In this document: one piece after another, positions 13,040-26,595 of the stretch
Numbering within the stretch: the first letter of the stretch is position 1
How the letters are laid out: every line of letters starts with the position of its first letter
Translations under genes and position numbers: made by a program
The notes under the pieces: generated by a model
Seen by the model: the letters and a program-made list of their open reading frames with translations, nothing else
Told to the model about the DNA's origin: nothing
The model's database searches: none
Origin: Squalus acanthias
Taxonomy: Eukaryota
DNA: 64,000 bases
NCBI GenBank assembly: GCA_030390025.1
Contig: CM059438.1
Span: forward strand, 70,868,001-70,932,000
Direction of reading: 5' to 3'

Positions 13040-13590
13040 TTCCACCGTCTACAAGGCACAAGTCAGGAGTGTGATGGAATACTCTCCACTTGTCTGGATG
13101 AGTGCAGCTCCAACAACACTCATGAAGCTCGACACCGTCCAAGATAAAGCAGCCCGCTTGATTGGCACCCCATCCACCATCCTTAAACATTCACTCCCTC
13201 CACCACCGGCGCACTGTGGCTGTAGTCTGTACCATCTACAAGATGCACTGCAACAACTTGCCAAGGCTTCTTCGGCAGCACCTCCCAAACCCATGACCTC
13301 TACCACCTAGAAGGACAAGGGCAGCAGACGCATGGGATCACCCTCACCTGCAAGTCCCCTCCAAGTTACACACCATCCTGACTTGGAAGTAGATCGCCGT
13401 TCCTTCATCGTTGCTGGGTCAAAATCCTGGAACTCCCTCCCGAACAGCATTGTGGGAGTACCTTCACCACACGGACTGCAGCAGTTCAAGAAGGCGGCTC
13501 ACCACCACCTTCTCAAGGTCAATTAGGGATGGACAATAAATGTTGGCCTTGCCAGCGATGCCCATATCCCAGGAACGAATAAAAAGAAAA
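13040..13590 (+). mobile_element. 3' fragment of the Zenon/Crack-like LINE family
   Basis: YKAQVRSVMEYSPLVWMSAAPTT...DKAARLIG and the same 3' tail as 4607-5200, in the opposite orientation. Confidence 0.85.
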
Positions 13591-13636
13591 TTGACCAGTT
13601 GGGCTGAATGGCATGTTTCTGTGCTGTAGACTCTAT

Positions 13637-14482
13637 GGGCTGGATTTTCCAAGCCCCGAGGAGGCGGGTATGGAGGCAGGACAGCCGGTAAAATCGGAGA
13701 AAGTGGGGGCGGATGGCAAACCCGCCCCCATCCCGCCTCCGTGACCTTTTGCCAGGAGGCGGGAGGATGTGCAACTTCGGGTCCCGTCTCCTGGAGGCGG
13801 GAAAGGCATTTAATCCTTTTAACTGCCTGTTAACAGGTAATTAACAGGCAGAAAAAAGGATTAATGCCATTTTACCTTCACAGGTGAAGGCTTCCCGACC
13901 TCGGAGAACCCCGCCGAGTTGGAGGAGACGTGGAGGAGGTCCGCAGCGGTCGGAGGCACCTGGAAGTAAGGTGTAGAGGTGAGTGATGGGTGCAAGTGTG
14001 GAGTGGTAAGTATGTAAGGTGAGTGATAAGTTTTAAAAAGTGTGCACTTACCTTGTTTTCTTTCTACAGCCTTTAGCTGCGCTGGATGGGGAGAGCCGAC
14101 ATCCTCCTTGTCAATTTCACAGACTGGCTGTTGGATCCTCTGACCCTACAGACATGTGAAATTTACAAAGTTGAAAGGTTTGATGAGTCCTCACCACAAA
14201 GGCTCATCAAACTAAAGAGAATGTCAGTGTTTGACAGCTTCACAGAGCTGTCAAATACTGTCATTTCTTCTTTCAAGAAGTCTTGACAGATAGCACGTCT
14301 GACGTTGATGTGATCTGTCAGTGACTTCCTCCCTAATTGGCCTGCTGAGCCCGCAGGGCGGGCTTAACAAGCTCAATCAGGGGAAAATCCCTCTGATTAG
14401 TCAGGCGAGGATGGAGGCGGGACATTGACATGACAAGCAGCTGTCTCGCCACCAACTCACTTCCATTCACAAAATCCAGCCC
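13637..14482 (+). mobile_element. Non-autonomous PIF/Harbinger element, family A
   Basis: TIRs gggctggatttt / aaaatccagccc with TAT duplicated on both sides. Internal sequence shared with copies at 25311, 26596, 29923 and 59444. Confidence 0.85.
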
Positions 14483-14485
14483 TAT

Positions 14486-15052
14486 GGCCGGAATATTCAG
14501 AGGTAAAAACGGATGAGTTGGAGGCACGGGGGGAAGTGAAAATTGAAAAAATGTGAACTCCAACCCACCCACTTTCACTCAGGTGGGACGAGGGGGGCGG
14601 GCTGCCAACCCGCTGCCAAGAGGCAGGTTGGCAATTTAAATATGATAATGAGGCCTGAAGCCTCTACTTTAACCTGCTTTGCAGGTTTTACTGCAGGCGG
14701 CCGGGGATCCCGGGGCTCGGGATTCCCGGTGGCTGCAACGAGGCGACCTCCGCCTCGGGGAGCAATGCTTGTGGGCCGGGAGGAGCAGGAGTGCTCCTTC
14801 CCAAGCTCCCCCACCATCAGCCTGGCCCTCCCCGGGGTTGGGGATCGGACCCCCCTCCCCCCACCAACCTGGGCCCAGCACTTACCTGCTGCTGCGGCCT
14901 CCTTCTCCGAGTTCCCCGCACGACTGGAAGCCAGCCTGTCAATCAGACTTCCGGGTGGGGAACCCGCCCCTGGCGCCACACGTACGCTGTGGAGCGTGCC
15001 GGTCTCCCAGGTCCCCCGCACCATGCAGGTGGAAGCCGGCAAAATCCAGCCC
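14486..15052. mobile_element. Non-autonomous Harbinger element abutting the previous one
   Basis: Starts ggccggaatattc, ends aaaatccagccc, flanked by TAT on both sides; GC-rich interior. Confidence 0.75.
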
Positions 15053-15464
15053 TATGTAAATCTCTATGTAAAGATGACTGTGCTGTTTTGCATCAAAGAC
15101 TTTTTCCTGTAAGGAAAATCCATTTGTAATTTTATTCCCCCACTGCTTCTCCGTTACCCTTTAGCAAGCATCCAGTTCTGTCACTGGTTCTCATACTTAG
15201 CAAGTAGACTGGTTCAAGGACTCTAGTCCCACCATGCTGTCGACTTTCCATGGAGCAGGACTTTGGTGCAAATCACAGCTTAGCCCTTAATTTGAGAAAT
15301 GATAACACACCTGACCGCCAGTAGTTGGTTGGTTTCAGTGACAGCTCTTGTGAGTGTTGTAAACTGTTCACTATCTACACAGTAAACTAATTTGGCCAAC
15401 ATTTTCTGTTAGTTTATAAATGTACGTGGTGTAAATTGAATGAAAAAAAATAATGAGAATTGCA

Positions 15465-15700
15465 CTCAACCACATCACCAACTGGTTTCGATCACCTGAG
15501 GAGGTCAGAGGTGAATTTTCCGGAGTATTTTATCCCTTTTCTCTGTTGTTTTACCTTTCCCAGAAGATTACATGGCTGCTGGGGAGTGGGGGAAGGGGTG
15601 GGAAGTGTCTAGTCATGATGCTCCAGCCATCATGTGTGTGGGGCAGGCTTGATGGACCAGCTGGTCTTTTCCTGCCCGTCAATTTTGTATGTTTTGTATG
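15465..15700 (+). mobile_element. 3' UTR of a divergent CR1 subfamily
   Basis: Ends in ggcaggcttgatggaccagctggtcttttcctgcc-(ttttgtatg)n. An inverted partial match lies at about 10890-11050. Confidence 0.55.
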
Positions 15701-16804
15701 TCACTTGCGTGTAAGAGATAAAATGATACAAAGTGCCTCTGTTTTTTTCCTCTATCCCCCTTTATTTTCCGTCGCTCTGACAGAATATATTGTTCTATAA
15801 ACAGGGGGCCAGCAAACATCGCCCTCAGCAGAATCATAGATGTCAGAGGCATTAAACAGTGTTATTCTGACTTGCTTCCAGTTGCAAAAGACTACGCACT
15901 GTATTCTCAGGGCTTGTTTTAAATGGGACAGCGTTGTCATTTTGGTAAGTGCCTGGGCTGATCAAGTTCCTGGAACAGGCAATACAAGCCTGCTCCAAAA
16001 ACATTTCTGAGTCTTCCAATATTGGCCAATATGGTAGATTTGTGCTGGAACAAGATCTTTTGTCTGCTAAAGTAGGAACGTTTGAATTGCATCCTTCAGT
16101 TTTGATTTGGTACTTTTTTATATCATTGCATCACTGATTGTCTCACCGTACATACTGCTAGTCACATACATGCCTTTTGCAATACATTCGCCAAATAACA
16201 AATCCATTTAAAAGGGTCATGGTTCAAAAAGAAGTAATAGGTAACTACTTTTTTTTTTAATTTAAAATTTATATTTCTTTCTCAGATTCTGCTCTCCTTC
16301 CGCATTAAGTCCTTTTCCATTAGCTTTCACTGCCACACTTTTTATTTCAGCCGAGAAAGCAGGACTGCGTGCTCCTTACTTTCCCATTGCCACCATTCAT
16401 TCTTTTGTTTGATCAGTTGACAACAGATCTCCTTTCCCAAGTCACAAAATAGTCCTGGTGGTTTATGTTTGTCTCTCCCCTTCCCTCGGGATGCGGCAAA
16501 ACTCCAGTGAGCAGAGCAGATAGCTTGTAAAACAAGCCCATTGAAGACAGATGGACTTGAACTTCAATCCATGGCGCGCTCTACATTGGCAGTCCAAATG
16601 TAACTTCAATCCTTGGCTGCTTACATTTAACCTCACAGCCAAGTGCTATAACAGTGGCAGGTTGCTCAAGAAAAACAGGATTTATTAACTTTTTTCATAG
16701 AATTGTAGTTCTGTAAGGTAAGGTCACATGTGGTATAATCACAGTTACTAAGTTTGGCTGCCACGCACAATGTTGGAGTATCATATTCCTGAACAGCAAA
16801 CTAA

Positions 16805-17475
16805 CTGACCATAGCCTCTCCATCACCAAGACTGCCTACTTCCACCTCTGTAATATCGCTGGTCTCTGGCCCTGCCTCAACCTATCTGCTGCTGAAACCC
16901 TCATCCAAGCTTTTGTTACCTCCAGACTTGACTATTCCAATGCTCTCATGGCTGACCTAACAACATCTTCCAGCCTCCGTAAACTTCAGTTCATCCAAAA
17001 CTCTGCTGCCCATATCGTAACTTGCATTCTGGCCCCTTCACCCATCACGCCTGCGCTTGCTGACCTACATTGGCTCCCAGTCCAGGAACGCTTCGAATTT
17101 AAAATTCTCCTCCTCCTGTTTAATTCCCTCCATGGCCTCGCCCATTCCTATCTCTCTACCCAGCCCGACAACCCTCCAACAACTCTGCGTTCCTCTAATT
17201 CTGGCATCTTGTGCACCCCCAATTTACTTAGCCCCACCATTGGTGGCCGTGCCTTCAGCTGCCTAGGCCCAAAGCTCTGGAATTCCCTCCCTAAACCTCT
17301 CCACCTCTCTCTCCTCCATTAAAGTTCTCCTCAAAATCTACCTCTTTAACCAAGCTTTTGGTCACCTGTCCTAATATCTCCTTATGTGGCTCGGTGTCAA
17401 ATTTTGTCTGTTAAGCGCTTTGGGATGTTATTACTACGTTAAAGGTGCTATATAAAAGACATTTATTGTTGTTGT
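16805..17475 (+). mobile_element. L2-type LINE 3' portion
   Basis: TSRLDYSNAL, KLQFIQNSAA, LADLHWLPVQERFEFKIL, GGRAFSCLGPKLWNSLP, then a (ttg)n tail. Confidence 0.85.
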
Positions 17476-17626
17476 AATGCTTCAACTCTCAATTGACATT
17501 CACACGTGTGTTTTCCAGAGATGGAAGGAGAGAGGGGCACGGAAGTTAAATGTGACTAATTTCTAGACTGCTTTTTCAGATGGGGCAAGGAGAAAAATTG
17601 CCAGGAATAATTTTAATTAAAATATT

Positions 17627-18390
17627 GGACCAGATTTTGCTGTCAAACTAACGGTGAGGCTAACGCTGCGCGCTGTTCTCTATGCGCAAATGGTTCAGCA
17701 ACTTCAGGCGAGGGGCAGGTGTGCAGTTAAATGTGAATATTCAACGGTTGCTGTCCAAGTTGTGCCACTCCACCGCTAGCTTCGCGAAAATGGCATCTCG
17801 CTGTATGCCTCACCATTGACATGCATTGAATTTGTGAAGTTGCTGTATTTGCGCGGTAGATACCACCTAAACCCGCAGCAGATATTTAGGGCTAGTATGT
17901 ACAAGCGTAACTAACCTTTTAACGATGTGATAAGTGTTTATGACTGCCAATCAACCTCTCTGGGACCGAAAATTAATTATCATAAGTTTGGAGAATCATT
18001 CCTTCGGGTTGTGAATTATTTTAGGTGACTTTAAAAATGTTAATTTTTTTTTCTTAATTTTCCGTTCTGTCTCTCTCTCTTTTTCTCTCTCTCTTAATCC
18101 AATCGTTTTTCTCTCTTTATTTCTCTTTCTGTACCTGAATTGACATTGAATTCACCCACTCTAATTCATCCTCCTTCTCTGCCCTTCTGCTACTTATTTC
18201 CAATCCTTAAATCTCCTTGGCTATAGAGATACACAGTTGCTCGCCCTGTTCACTCAGGTCCCAGATGCCCTGTTTCCCTCGCTGTACCGTTATCAGCTCG
18301 CACTTTCAGAATTTTGAGCTGAAGGATTCAGGGGAAAGTCTAATTAATGGCAGACGCTGTTAGATGCCCTGCTACAGCAAAGTCTGGCCC
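17627..18390. mobile_element. Non-autonomous Harbinger-like element, family C
   Basis: Termini ggaccagattttgct / agcaaagtctggccc. An inverted homolog lies at 27479-28336. Confidence 0.7.
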
Positions 18391-19688
18391 ATAAATTTTG
18401 GTTCAGAGTAAAATATACCTTTTCATTGGAATCAGAAGCAACAAAGGGAACTCATTCAATTTTTAAAATAAAGGTTAATAAAACAGCCCTTTATACACAT
18501 GATTCACAGGCCTAATAAAAAACTCTACTTAGATCTAGCTTTTGCTCAGAACTGATGGACTGCCCAAGGCTAAAATATGTGGTACTATATAGGTCTATAT
18601 AAGTTGGTGGTTGGATCCACAATTTGCGAGTTAAATATTAAAGTCGATTCAAATTGAAAGACTTCAAAGGCTCAGATTAAACTGCATTATCTCACCGTGA
18701 ATCAATATTCTGTGCATTTTTAACATTCAGCTGACAGCTCTTTCGGATTGTTTTACAACATTCATTATCTCACCTTTAACTAATATTTCTCAAAATATAG
18801 CACCAGTATGAATAACTTTAAAATTAGAAGGAACTGTTCACTTGTTCAGGTCTGTAAAATGCTTTATTTATTTTTTTCAAAATATTCAATCACAAAACGG
18901 GCGACGATGACTTGTATGTTTACAGTTTTCCATGTGCTTCCTGTGTCACACTTGCTTTTAACACTTTTTCCATCACACTTTGTTGATGAAAACCCTACTT
19001 TTATAAAACAAGTATTTGTTGACTGACCATGAGCTACGCCAAGGGAGATCAGCTAGTATCTTAGAATCATAGAATAGTACAGCACAGAAGAGGCCATTCG
19101 GCCCATCGAGTCTGTTCCGCCTCTTTCGAAGAGCACTCCAGTTAGTTCCACTCCCCCGCTCTTTCCCCATATCCATGCAATTTTTTTTCTCCTTCAGTAT
19201 TTATCCAATTTCCTTTTAAAGGCTACTATTGAATCTGCATCCACCACCCTATTAGGCAGTGTGTTCCAAATCCTAACCACTCGTTGCGTAAAAAGTTTTT
19301 CGTCTTTTGCCAATCACCTTAAAACTGTGCCCTTTTGTTATTGAACCTTCAGCAGTTGGAAACAGTTTCTCTTTATTTACTCTATCTAAACACTTCATGA
19401 TTTTAAAAATATCTATCAAATCTCCTCTTAGCCTCCTCTGCTATAAGGAGAACAACCCCAGCTTCTCCAGTCTATCCACGTAACTAATCCCTCATCCCTG
19501 GAACTATTCTAGTAAATCTCTCCTCTCCAAAGCCTTCACATTCTTCTCAAAGTGTGCTGGCCAGAATTGGACACAATACTCCAGCTGGGACCGAACTAGT
19601 GTTTTATATAAGTTTAGCATAACTTCCTGGCTTTTGTACTCTATGCCTCTATTTGTAAAGCCCGGCATCCCATATACTTTATTAACTG

Positions 19689-20081
19689 CAGCAGGCCAGG
19701 CAGCATCCGTGGAGAGAGAAACAGAGTTAACATTTCAGGTCTGTGACCCTTTGTCAGAACTGGAAAAAGTTAGAGATGTAACAGATTTTAACCAGGTGCA
19801 GGAGCAGGGAAAGGGGGGTGGAGGAGAGGAAAGAACAAAAGGGACGGTCTGTGATAGGGTGGCAGGCAGGAGTGGATAAATGTTGCAAATTGGGAATGGC
19901 AGAATCATCAACAGCTTCCGCCTGAAAAAATAGGGGCAGAGGTTATGGTCTGAAATTGTTGAACTCGATGTTGAGGCCAGAAGGTTGTAAAGTGCCTAAT
20001 CGAAAGATGAGGTGCTGTTCCTTGAGCTTACGTTGAGCTGTTTTTGTTTCGGATTCCAGCGTCCGCAGTATTTTGCTATTG
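19689..20081 (-). mobile_element. Penelope-like element (GIY-YIG C-terminus plus pLTR)
   Basis: The minus strand encodes AQRKLKEQHLIFRLGTLQPSGLNIEFNNFR. Imperfect 14-bp TSD tactttattaactg / tgcttttttaactg. Confidence 0.8.
19725..19761 (-). ncRNA. Degenerate minimal hammerhead ribozyme motif
   Basis: AGTT-CTGACAA-AGGGTCACAGACCT-GAAAT-GTT-AACT; core G8 and the stem III CpG are mutated. Confidence 0.55.
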
Positions 20082-20128
20082 TGCTTTTTTAACTGGTTTA
20101 TTAACCTGTCCTGCCACCATCAATGATT

Positions 20129-21890
20129 TAGAATCATAGAATGGTTACAGCACAGAAGGAGGCCATTCGGCCCGTCAAGCCCATGCCGGCTCTCTGCAAG
20201 AGCACTTCAGTTAGTCCCACTTCCCCGCCCTTTCCCCATAGCCATGCAAATTTTTTTCCTTCAGATACTTATCCAATTCCCTTTTGAAAGCCATGATTAA
20301 ATCTGGCTCCACCACCCTCTCAGGCAGTGCAATCCAGATCCTAACTGCTCGCTGCGTAAACAAGTTTTTCCTCATGTCGCCTTTGGTTCTTCTGCCAATC
20401 ACCTTAAATCTGTGTCCTCTGGTTTTCGACCCTTCTGCCAATGGGAACAGTTTCTTTCTATCTACTCTGTCTAGACCCCTCATGATGTTGAACACTTCTA
20501 TCAAATCTCCTCTTTACCTTCTCTGCTCTAAGGAGAACAACCAGTTCTCCAGTCTATCCACATAACTGAAGTCCCTCACCCTGGAACCATTCTTGTAAAT
20601 CTTTTCTGCACCCTCTCTAAGGTCTTCATATCCTTCCTAAAGTGCAGTGCCCAGAATTGAACACAATACTCCAGTTGAGGACGGACCAGTGTTTTATTTA
20701 TAAAGGTTCATCATAACTTCCTTGCTTTTGAACTCTATTCCTCTATTCATGAAGCCCAGGATCCCGTATGCTATTTTAACTGTTTTCTCAACCTGCCCTG
20801 CAATCTTCAGCGATTTGTGCACATATACCCCTAGGTCTCTCTGTTTATGCACCCCCTTTAGAATTGTACCCTTTAGTTTATATTGCTGCTCCTCGTTCTT
20901 CCTACCAAAATGTATCACTTTGCACTTTTCTGCGTTAAATTTCATCTGCCACATGTCCGCCCATTCCACCAGCCTGTCTATGTCCTCTTGAAGTCTATCA
21001 CCAGCCTCCTCATTGTTCACTATACTTCCAAGTTTTGTGTCATCTACAAATTTTGAAATTGTTACACCCAAGTCCATGTCGTTAATATATATCAAGAAAA
21101 GTAGTGGTCCTAGTACTGAACCCTGGGGAACACCACTGTATACCTTCCTCCAGTCTGAAAAACAACCGTTCACCGCTACTCTCTATTTCTGTCACTTAGC
21201 CAATTTCGTATCCATGCTGCTACTGTCCCTTTTATTCCATGGGCTTCAACTTTGCTGGCAACCCTATTATGTAGCACTTTATCAAACACCTTTTGGAAGT
21301 CCATGTACACCACGTCAGCCGCATTGCCCTCATCAACCCTCTCTATTACCTCATCAACAAACTCAATCAAGTTAGTTAAACACAATTTGCCTTAAACAAT
21401 TCCATGCTGCCTTTCCTTAATTAATCCACACTTGTCCAAGTGACTGTTAATTTTGTCCCGGATTATCGTCTCTGAAAGCTTTCCCACCACCGAGGTTAAA
21501 CTGACTGGCCTATAGTTGCTGGGTTTATCCTTACACCCTTTTTTGAATAAGGGTGTAACATTTGCAATTCTCCAGTCCTCTGGCAGCACCCCCACATCTA
21601 AAGAGGATTGGAAGATTATGGCCAGTACCTCTGCAATTTGCTCCTAACTTCCCTCAGCATCCTAGGATGCATCCCATCCGGTCCTGGTGACTTATCTATT
21701 TTAAGTACAGTCAGCCTTTCTAGTACCTCCTCTTTATCAATTTTTATCCCATCCAGTATCTCAACTACCTCCTCTTTCACTATGACTTTGGCAGCATCTT
21801 CTTCCTTGGTATAGACAGATGCAAAGTACTCATTTACTACCTCAGCCATGCCCTCTGCCTCTATGCGTAGGTCTCCTTTTGGGTCGATAT
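20129..21890 (-). mobile_element. 5'-truncated CR1 LINE (ORF2 RT region)
   Basis: ORF pieces [67 protein letters not shown]; agaatcat tail. Confidence 0.92.
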
Positions 21891-22159
21891 GATTTGGGTA
21901 AAACTGTGGGGAGAGTAAAGAGCTCAAGATAGATTTATTTTATTTACAATGATAGAAGGATCTATGAAAGATCTATGCAACAAATATTATTTGGCTACGT
22001 TTTCTCCAGTTTTCATGCAAGTTGTGTTTTAAAGTAAACTTAAAACTTGTTTCAACTGAAATAAAATTAAGGTGACCTATTGAAGTTTATTTTTTCATTT
22101 AACCACAAGAACTTTCTGTCTCTCTCCCTTTATTCCCACATAAAAAGATTAACTCCTTG

Positions 22160-22470
22160 CCAGGGTACAGTTTTGCAGGTGGTATCCCCTCTGGTACCTC
22201 ACTTAAGTGGCCTCAATTCACATGTGAGTGTTGACAGTGAATGTCATCAGGCTATTCTAATGTGGGGTGGGAATCTTGATGAAGCCTAATGTTGCTCTCA
22301 TTCACATACAGCCCACTTCCAACAGGGGTCGCTGGATAGCAATCAGGAACAGGAATCCTGGCTGATTTTTCCCTCCCTAACCCAGGAACTCTGTTGTCAA
22401 CCTCAGGAATTGTCGCTGGGATCTTGCTTGTCTGTATAGCTCAGCCATTCATTGGGTAAAGTCAAGAAGC
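22160..22470 (-). mobile_element. Degenerate SINE-like repeat
   Basis: Inverted homolog of 3600-3962. Confidence 0.5.
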
Positions 22471-23173
22471 CATCAAGAGCATTTATCTCTTTAGCACTGC
22501 ACTTAGATTACAGCTACCCATCTCTGAAACTGCTTTGCCGCAACTCTGAAGTTTTAGTAAATGCACCCTTAGTCACGCCAGGTTACAATTGAGAGCGCAT
22601 GTACCTGACATATTCCTGACGCTCTGCCAGTGGCATTCCAACTGCTCACAGGCAGTCCAGAAGAATGGCATCGGTTAACTCACGCTCTTATTTTGACTCC
22701 CTCCCACAGAAGTAACACCTTAGCATGACGGAGGTTGGGAGTCCTCAGTTGAAGACTAATTGGGAGAACCTGAGTCTATCGTACAACAAGTTAATGCAAC
22801 GTTGCACTGTTGCAAAGTGTCACATTCACAATGTAACATAATTTTTTTTAAGTCTACTGTTGATCATGGAGTGAAGAAGATGGTATAAGGAGGGTGAGAG
22901 TTGGATTCACAGAATGATCGCAAATATAGCGGGGAATATCAATCTCGATATGTTTAATATCACAGGTTGCTACACAGTTTGTAACCTGTCAGGAAGCTTG
23001 GTAACTGTAAAAGGAGAATATGCTGGAGGTGTACTGCTGTTAAACAACGCTTAATGGATAAAGAATCAGGATCAGAAGCTTCTCCTTTACCCTAAAACAT
23101 TGTGTTGTGGAGAAACTGTTTACTGCTTGTGCTCTCTGAGTGTGACTCGCTGGTTCATTAACAATGGTAGTAA

Positions 23174-23364
23174 GGGCTATTTCCCCGATTGGCCAATCCC
23201 TGCGAGGAGCACCGTCCGCAGGGAGCGCTGGCTGGGAAATCACTGACCCGCAGCCCTTCATTTTCCGCACGCTAATTAAAATGATTGGAAAACCAGGAGC
23301 TGCAAGCCTGTGCTCTCTGTGAGCGTCACTCCTTGCCAGGAGCAATCGATTGGGGAATCAGCCC
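23174..23364. mobile_element. Harbinger-type MITE
   Basis: TIRs gggctatttccccgatt / aatcgattggggaatcagccc; flanks TAA / TAT. Confidence 0.65.
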
Positions 23365-24049
23365 TATAATTCCACGAGGAAGGGAATCCTTAATGCCCGT
23401 GGCTTAAAGTGACATGTTGAAGAGATTTCCCATTCTGGAGTCTGGGATTGGGTATCACGCTGGAACCGGTTGTCTTGGTTGATCTGTTTGCCCTGCCACC
23501 TCGCCTCCAAGCGAAGCTTGTGCAGTCTGTCGGGTGTCTCCCCTTCCAGGGCAGATACCAAACATTCCCTTTTGTCTGAGGTATTTTATTTCAAAGCCAC
23601 AAACCAAAAATCAGTCTACGCTGTTAAACCCATTCACAAAAATCACAAATTGGTCAGTTCTCAAACGTGATTGTAAGCAGCTTTGTAATTAAATATTATG
23701 ATGTATGCATTGCACAGAAGTGCTCCATTAACAAGAGCTAAGTATGTGTGATTCTGTCATGCCTCGCCACTCTTTCTGTTTAACTGGTGAGCCGAAAAGA
23801 TGCACTCCCCTGTTGGTTTCTGGATCACCGCCATGATAGTCTTGGCAGTTAATGCAGCTGTACAAACATGCCCCTGGCACCATGCAAAATACAGTGCGCA
23901 AGCCTACCAGCCTGTAACACATTTACGGTGGGTTTATTTTATGCATTAATTCATTGATTACCAAATGAATTAGAAGTGCCTTGCGAGTCTGCAGCATGCC
24001 ATTCCGTTCAATGTCCATCCAGCCATTTCGACCATACAAAGAACAATTC

Positions 24050-24430
24050 TAACGCACCGCTCTACCTATCCAATCGCAGCCAGCGCATTGGCTTCACTTC
24101 CCTCGCCCACACCATCACCTCTTGGGTCCCCCAATGATCCGTCCTCAGCCCCATCCTCTGCCTTATCTGCCTGCTGTCCCTCGGTGATATCATCTGCAGG
24201 CAGAGGGATCCGCTTTCACATGTGCACTGCTATTTCCCGTCTCTACCTCTCCACCACTTCTTTCGAACCCCGGATTCCCTCCGTGCTGTCAGACTGCTTG
24301 GCCTACATCAAGCCTTGGATGAGCCACAATTTCCCCCAGCTCACCAACAGGGAGGCCAAAACCATTGTCTTCGGCCCCCCACCAAAAAATCCACTTCCCA
24401 GACCACACTCGTGGGCAAACCTGACCACTT
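24050..24430 (+). mobile_element. Old L2 RT fragment
   Basis: Decayed [10 protein letters not shown] and FHMYADDTQLYLS-like segments (FHMCTAISRLYLST...LSDCLAYIKPWMSHNF). Confidence 0.6.
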
Positions 24431-25310
24431 GTAATCTTGATTTATGGATTCCACTTCAACAACCCGAAGTTGATGACCATTAATGTGTTAAATAGGAAAA
24501 CAAGCCTGTATATTTCTAAAATGTGCACCGTTTGAAGTGGTCATTTTGCAACTAATTAGCCTAGAGTCAGATAGCCAGCTCTGTGGTATGAACAGAAAAA
24601 ATCTTCACTCCTACTGCTTCCATGTGCAGAGTGAAAATAGAAGTTATCCCTAAAGCTTATATCAAATCCTTTAGAATAAAGTCGTAAAGTGTTATGGCAC
24701 AGAAACAGACCATTGATGGGTTCATTTACTTCTTTAGCCTTTAGATAAACAATCTTTTTACTCTGGATCTGCTACAATGAGCATCATTATGTGGATTCAT
24801 GAATGAATTTGTCCAGGTACTTTGCTAAAATTTCTAGTAAAACCTTATGTTAATGAGATCAATATTAATAGGGTCACGTATATTGAAGAATGAAGATTGC
24901 AGTTTCTAAAATCCATGCTGGCACAGGCATTCAATTGCACTAATGATCAATTTAACAAGTGCAAATTTGTTTATTCTTAATTTACCACTTTTTCATTCAC
25001 CAAGGCTCTGAAATGATACCATGAAGGAGGCCATTCAGCCCATTGTGCCTGTGCTGGTTCTTTGAAAGAGCTATCAATTAGTCCCATTCCCCTGCTCTTT
25101 CTGCATAGTCCTGCACATTTTTCTTCTCAAGTATATATCCAATTTCCTTTTGAAAGTTACTATTGATTCTGCTTCCACCACCCTTTCAGGCAGTGCATTC
25201 AAGATCTTGCTACGTAAAAAAAAATTCTCCTCGTCTCCCCCTTGTTTCTTTTCCCAATTATTTTAAATCTGTGTCCTCTGGTTACCAACCCTCCTGCCAG
25301 TGAAAACAGT

Positions 25311-26125
25311 GGGTTGGATTTTTACCAGCCCTGAGGAGGCGGGTTTGGAGGCGGGACTGCTGGGAAAATCAAAAAAAATGGGAGCGGGTCCCGAACCTGC
25401 TCCCAACCAATCTACCCAGGAGTCGGGTCCCCGATTTGCACAGGGACCCGACTCCTTGCGGCGGGAAAAATATTATAGCCACTTAACTGTCTGTTAACAG
25501 GCATTTTTCCATTTTGCAACTTCTGCTGCGGGCTTCCCGATGTCGGGGAACCCCGCCAGGGTAAGTGAGGCGTGCTGTGGGTCTGATGTAATGTTTGTGG
25601 ATAGATGACAGCTGCAGAAGTGGTGTGAAGGATGTAGTGGGACACTGGTGAGTATCAGAGGTAAGGAAATGTTGGGAAAGTCATTTTTAATTAGTTTAGA
25701 TTTTTCTGTAGGTGACAAGCTTTGAAGTGTTTGTGTGGCCTCACCTCATTGGGAGAAGTGACAGATCGCTTCTGTACCCTCACCTGCAGCTGCCATCTGT
25801 TTTATCCTAAGGAGAGAGTCATTGGAGAGCCTGGGTGCAAGGGCTCATCTTTGTACAGTGTTTGACATCACCTCAATACTGTCAAATCATCTGTCAAAAA
25901 TAGATGGTTCATGTGTCTTTAAGAAAACCGGCAGATGAAGTGTCATCAACTGATGTCATCTGACACTGGCTTTCTCTTAATTGGCCAGCAAGCCCGCAGG
26001 GCGGGCTTAACAAGGCCAATCAGGGCAAAATAGCTTCTGTGCGTTGGACGTCACTGGGGGCAGGACTAGAACCAGGAAGGCAGCAGTCCCGCCCCCAACT
26101 CGTCTCGGTAAGTAAAATCCAGCCC
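25311..26125 (+). mobile_element. Harbinger family A element inserted in a CR1 fragment (about 25020-26160, minus strand)
   Basis: TIRs gggttggatttt / aaaatccagccc with AGT TSD; the CR1 sequence resumes after the element. Confidence 0.8.
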
Positions 26126-26595
26126 AGTGTCTCTCTATCTACCCTATCAAAACCCTTCCTATTAACAAATGAACCCTCAATGGGTTCATCCGAAATTCCT
26201 GCCTCTGCTATTTGAGTAGCAATGTCAAACCCATTTAAAATAATATTAGCGCATGCTGCTATGTAATTATCTGGGTGCATTGAGTCTTGTAGATTTTCTG
26301 TCCAAGTGACAACACTAAACATATTGATCCAGATCATTTTACCAAACTGTTCCACAAATGATGCGTTGCAATTCAAAGTAACAATATTGCTGGCTTCCAC
26401 TGCATCTCAAAAGTACGCAACATTGCAATGTTGTCAGTGGACATCAAAACACACTGAAATAAAATAAGAGTTAGTCCAAAGTGTAAGCTATTTAAATTCT
26501 AATTTTAAGCTCAAGTTTTAACAGCACAGTCAACTATGAGGGATCATCAGTTCATGGCCCAAATTATTATCTTGCTTAGGCTCTGGAAACTCTAA

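Larger units (their letters stand above)
19062..20128 (-). mobile_element. CR1 3' fragment interrupted by a Penelope-like insert
   Basis: agaatcatagaat tail and CR1 ORF2 3' sequence on both sides of 19689-20081. Confidence 0.8.

Noticed and set aside
14543..15129. Several overlapping long ORFs (also 48456-48853)
   Set aside because: GC-rich MITE interiors with few stop codons; no coherent protein.
15735..15950. Acceptor-like and donor-like (ttttg|gtaagt) sites suggesting an ASTN2 exon
   Set aside because: Stops occur in the frames examined and there is no similarity to astrotactin.
26020..26400. 126-aa minus-strand ORF
   Set aside because: Chimeric read-through of unique DNA, a CR1 fragment and a Harbinger end.
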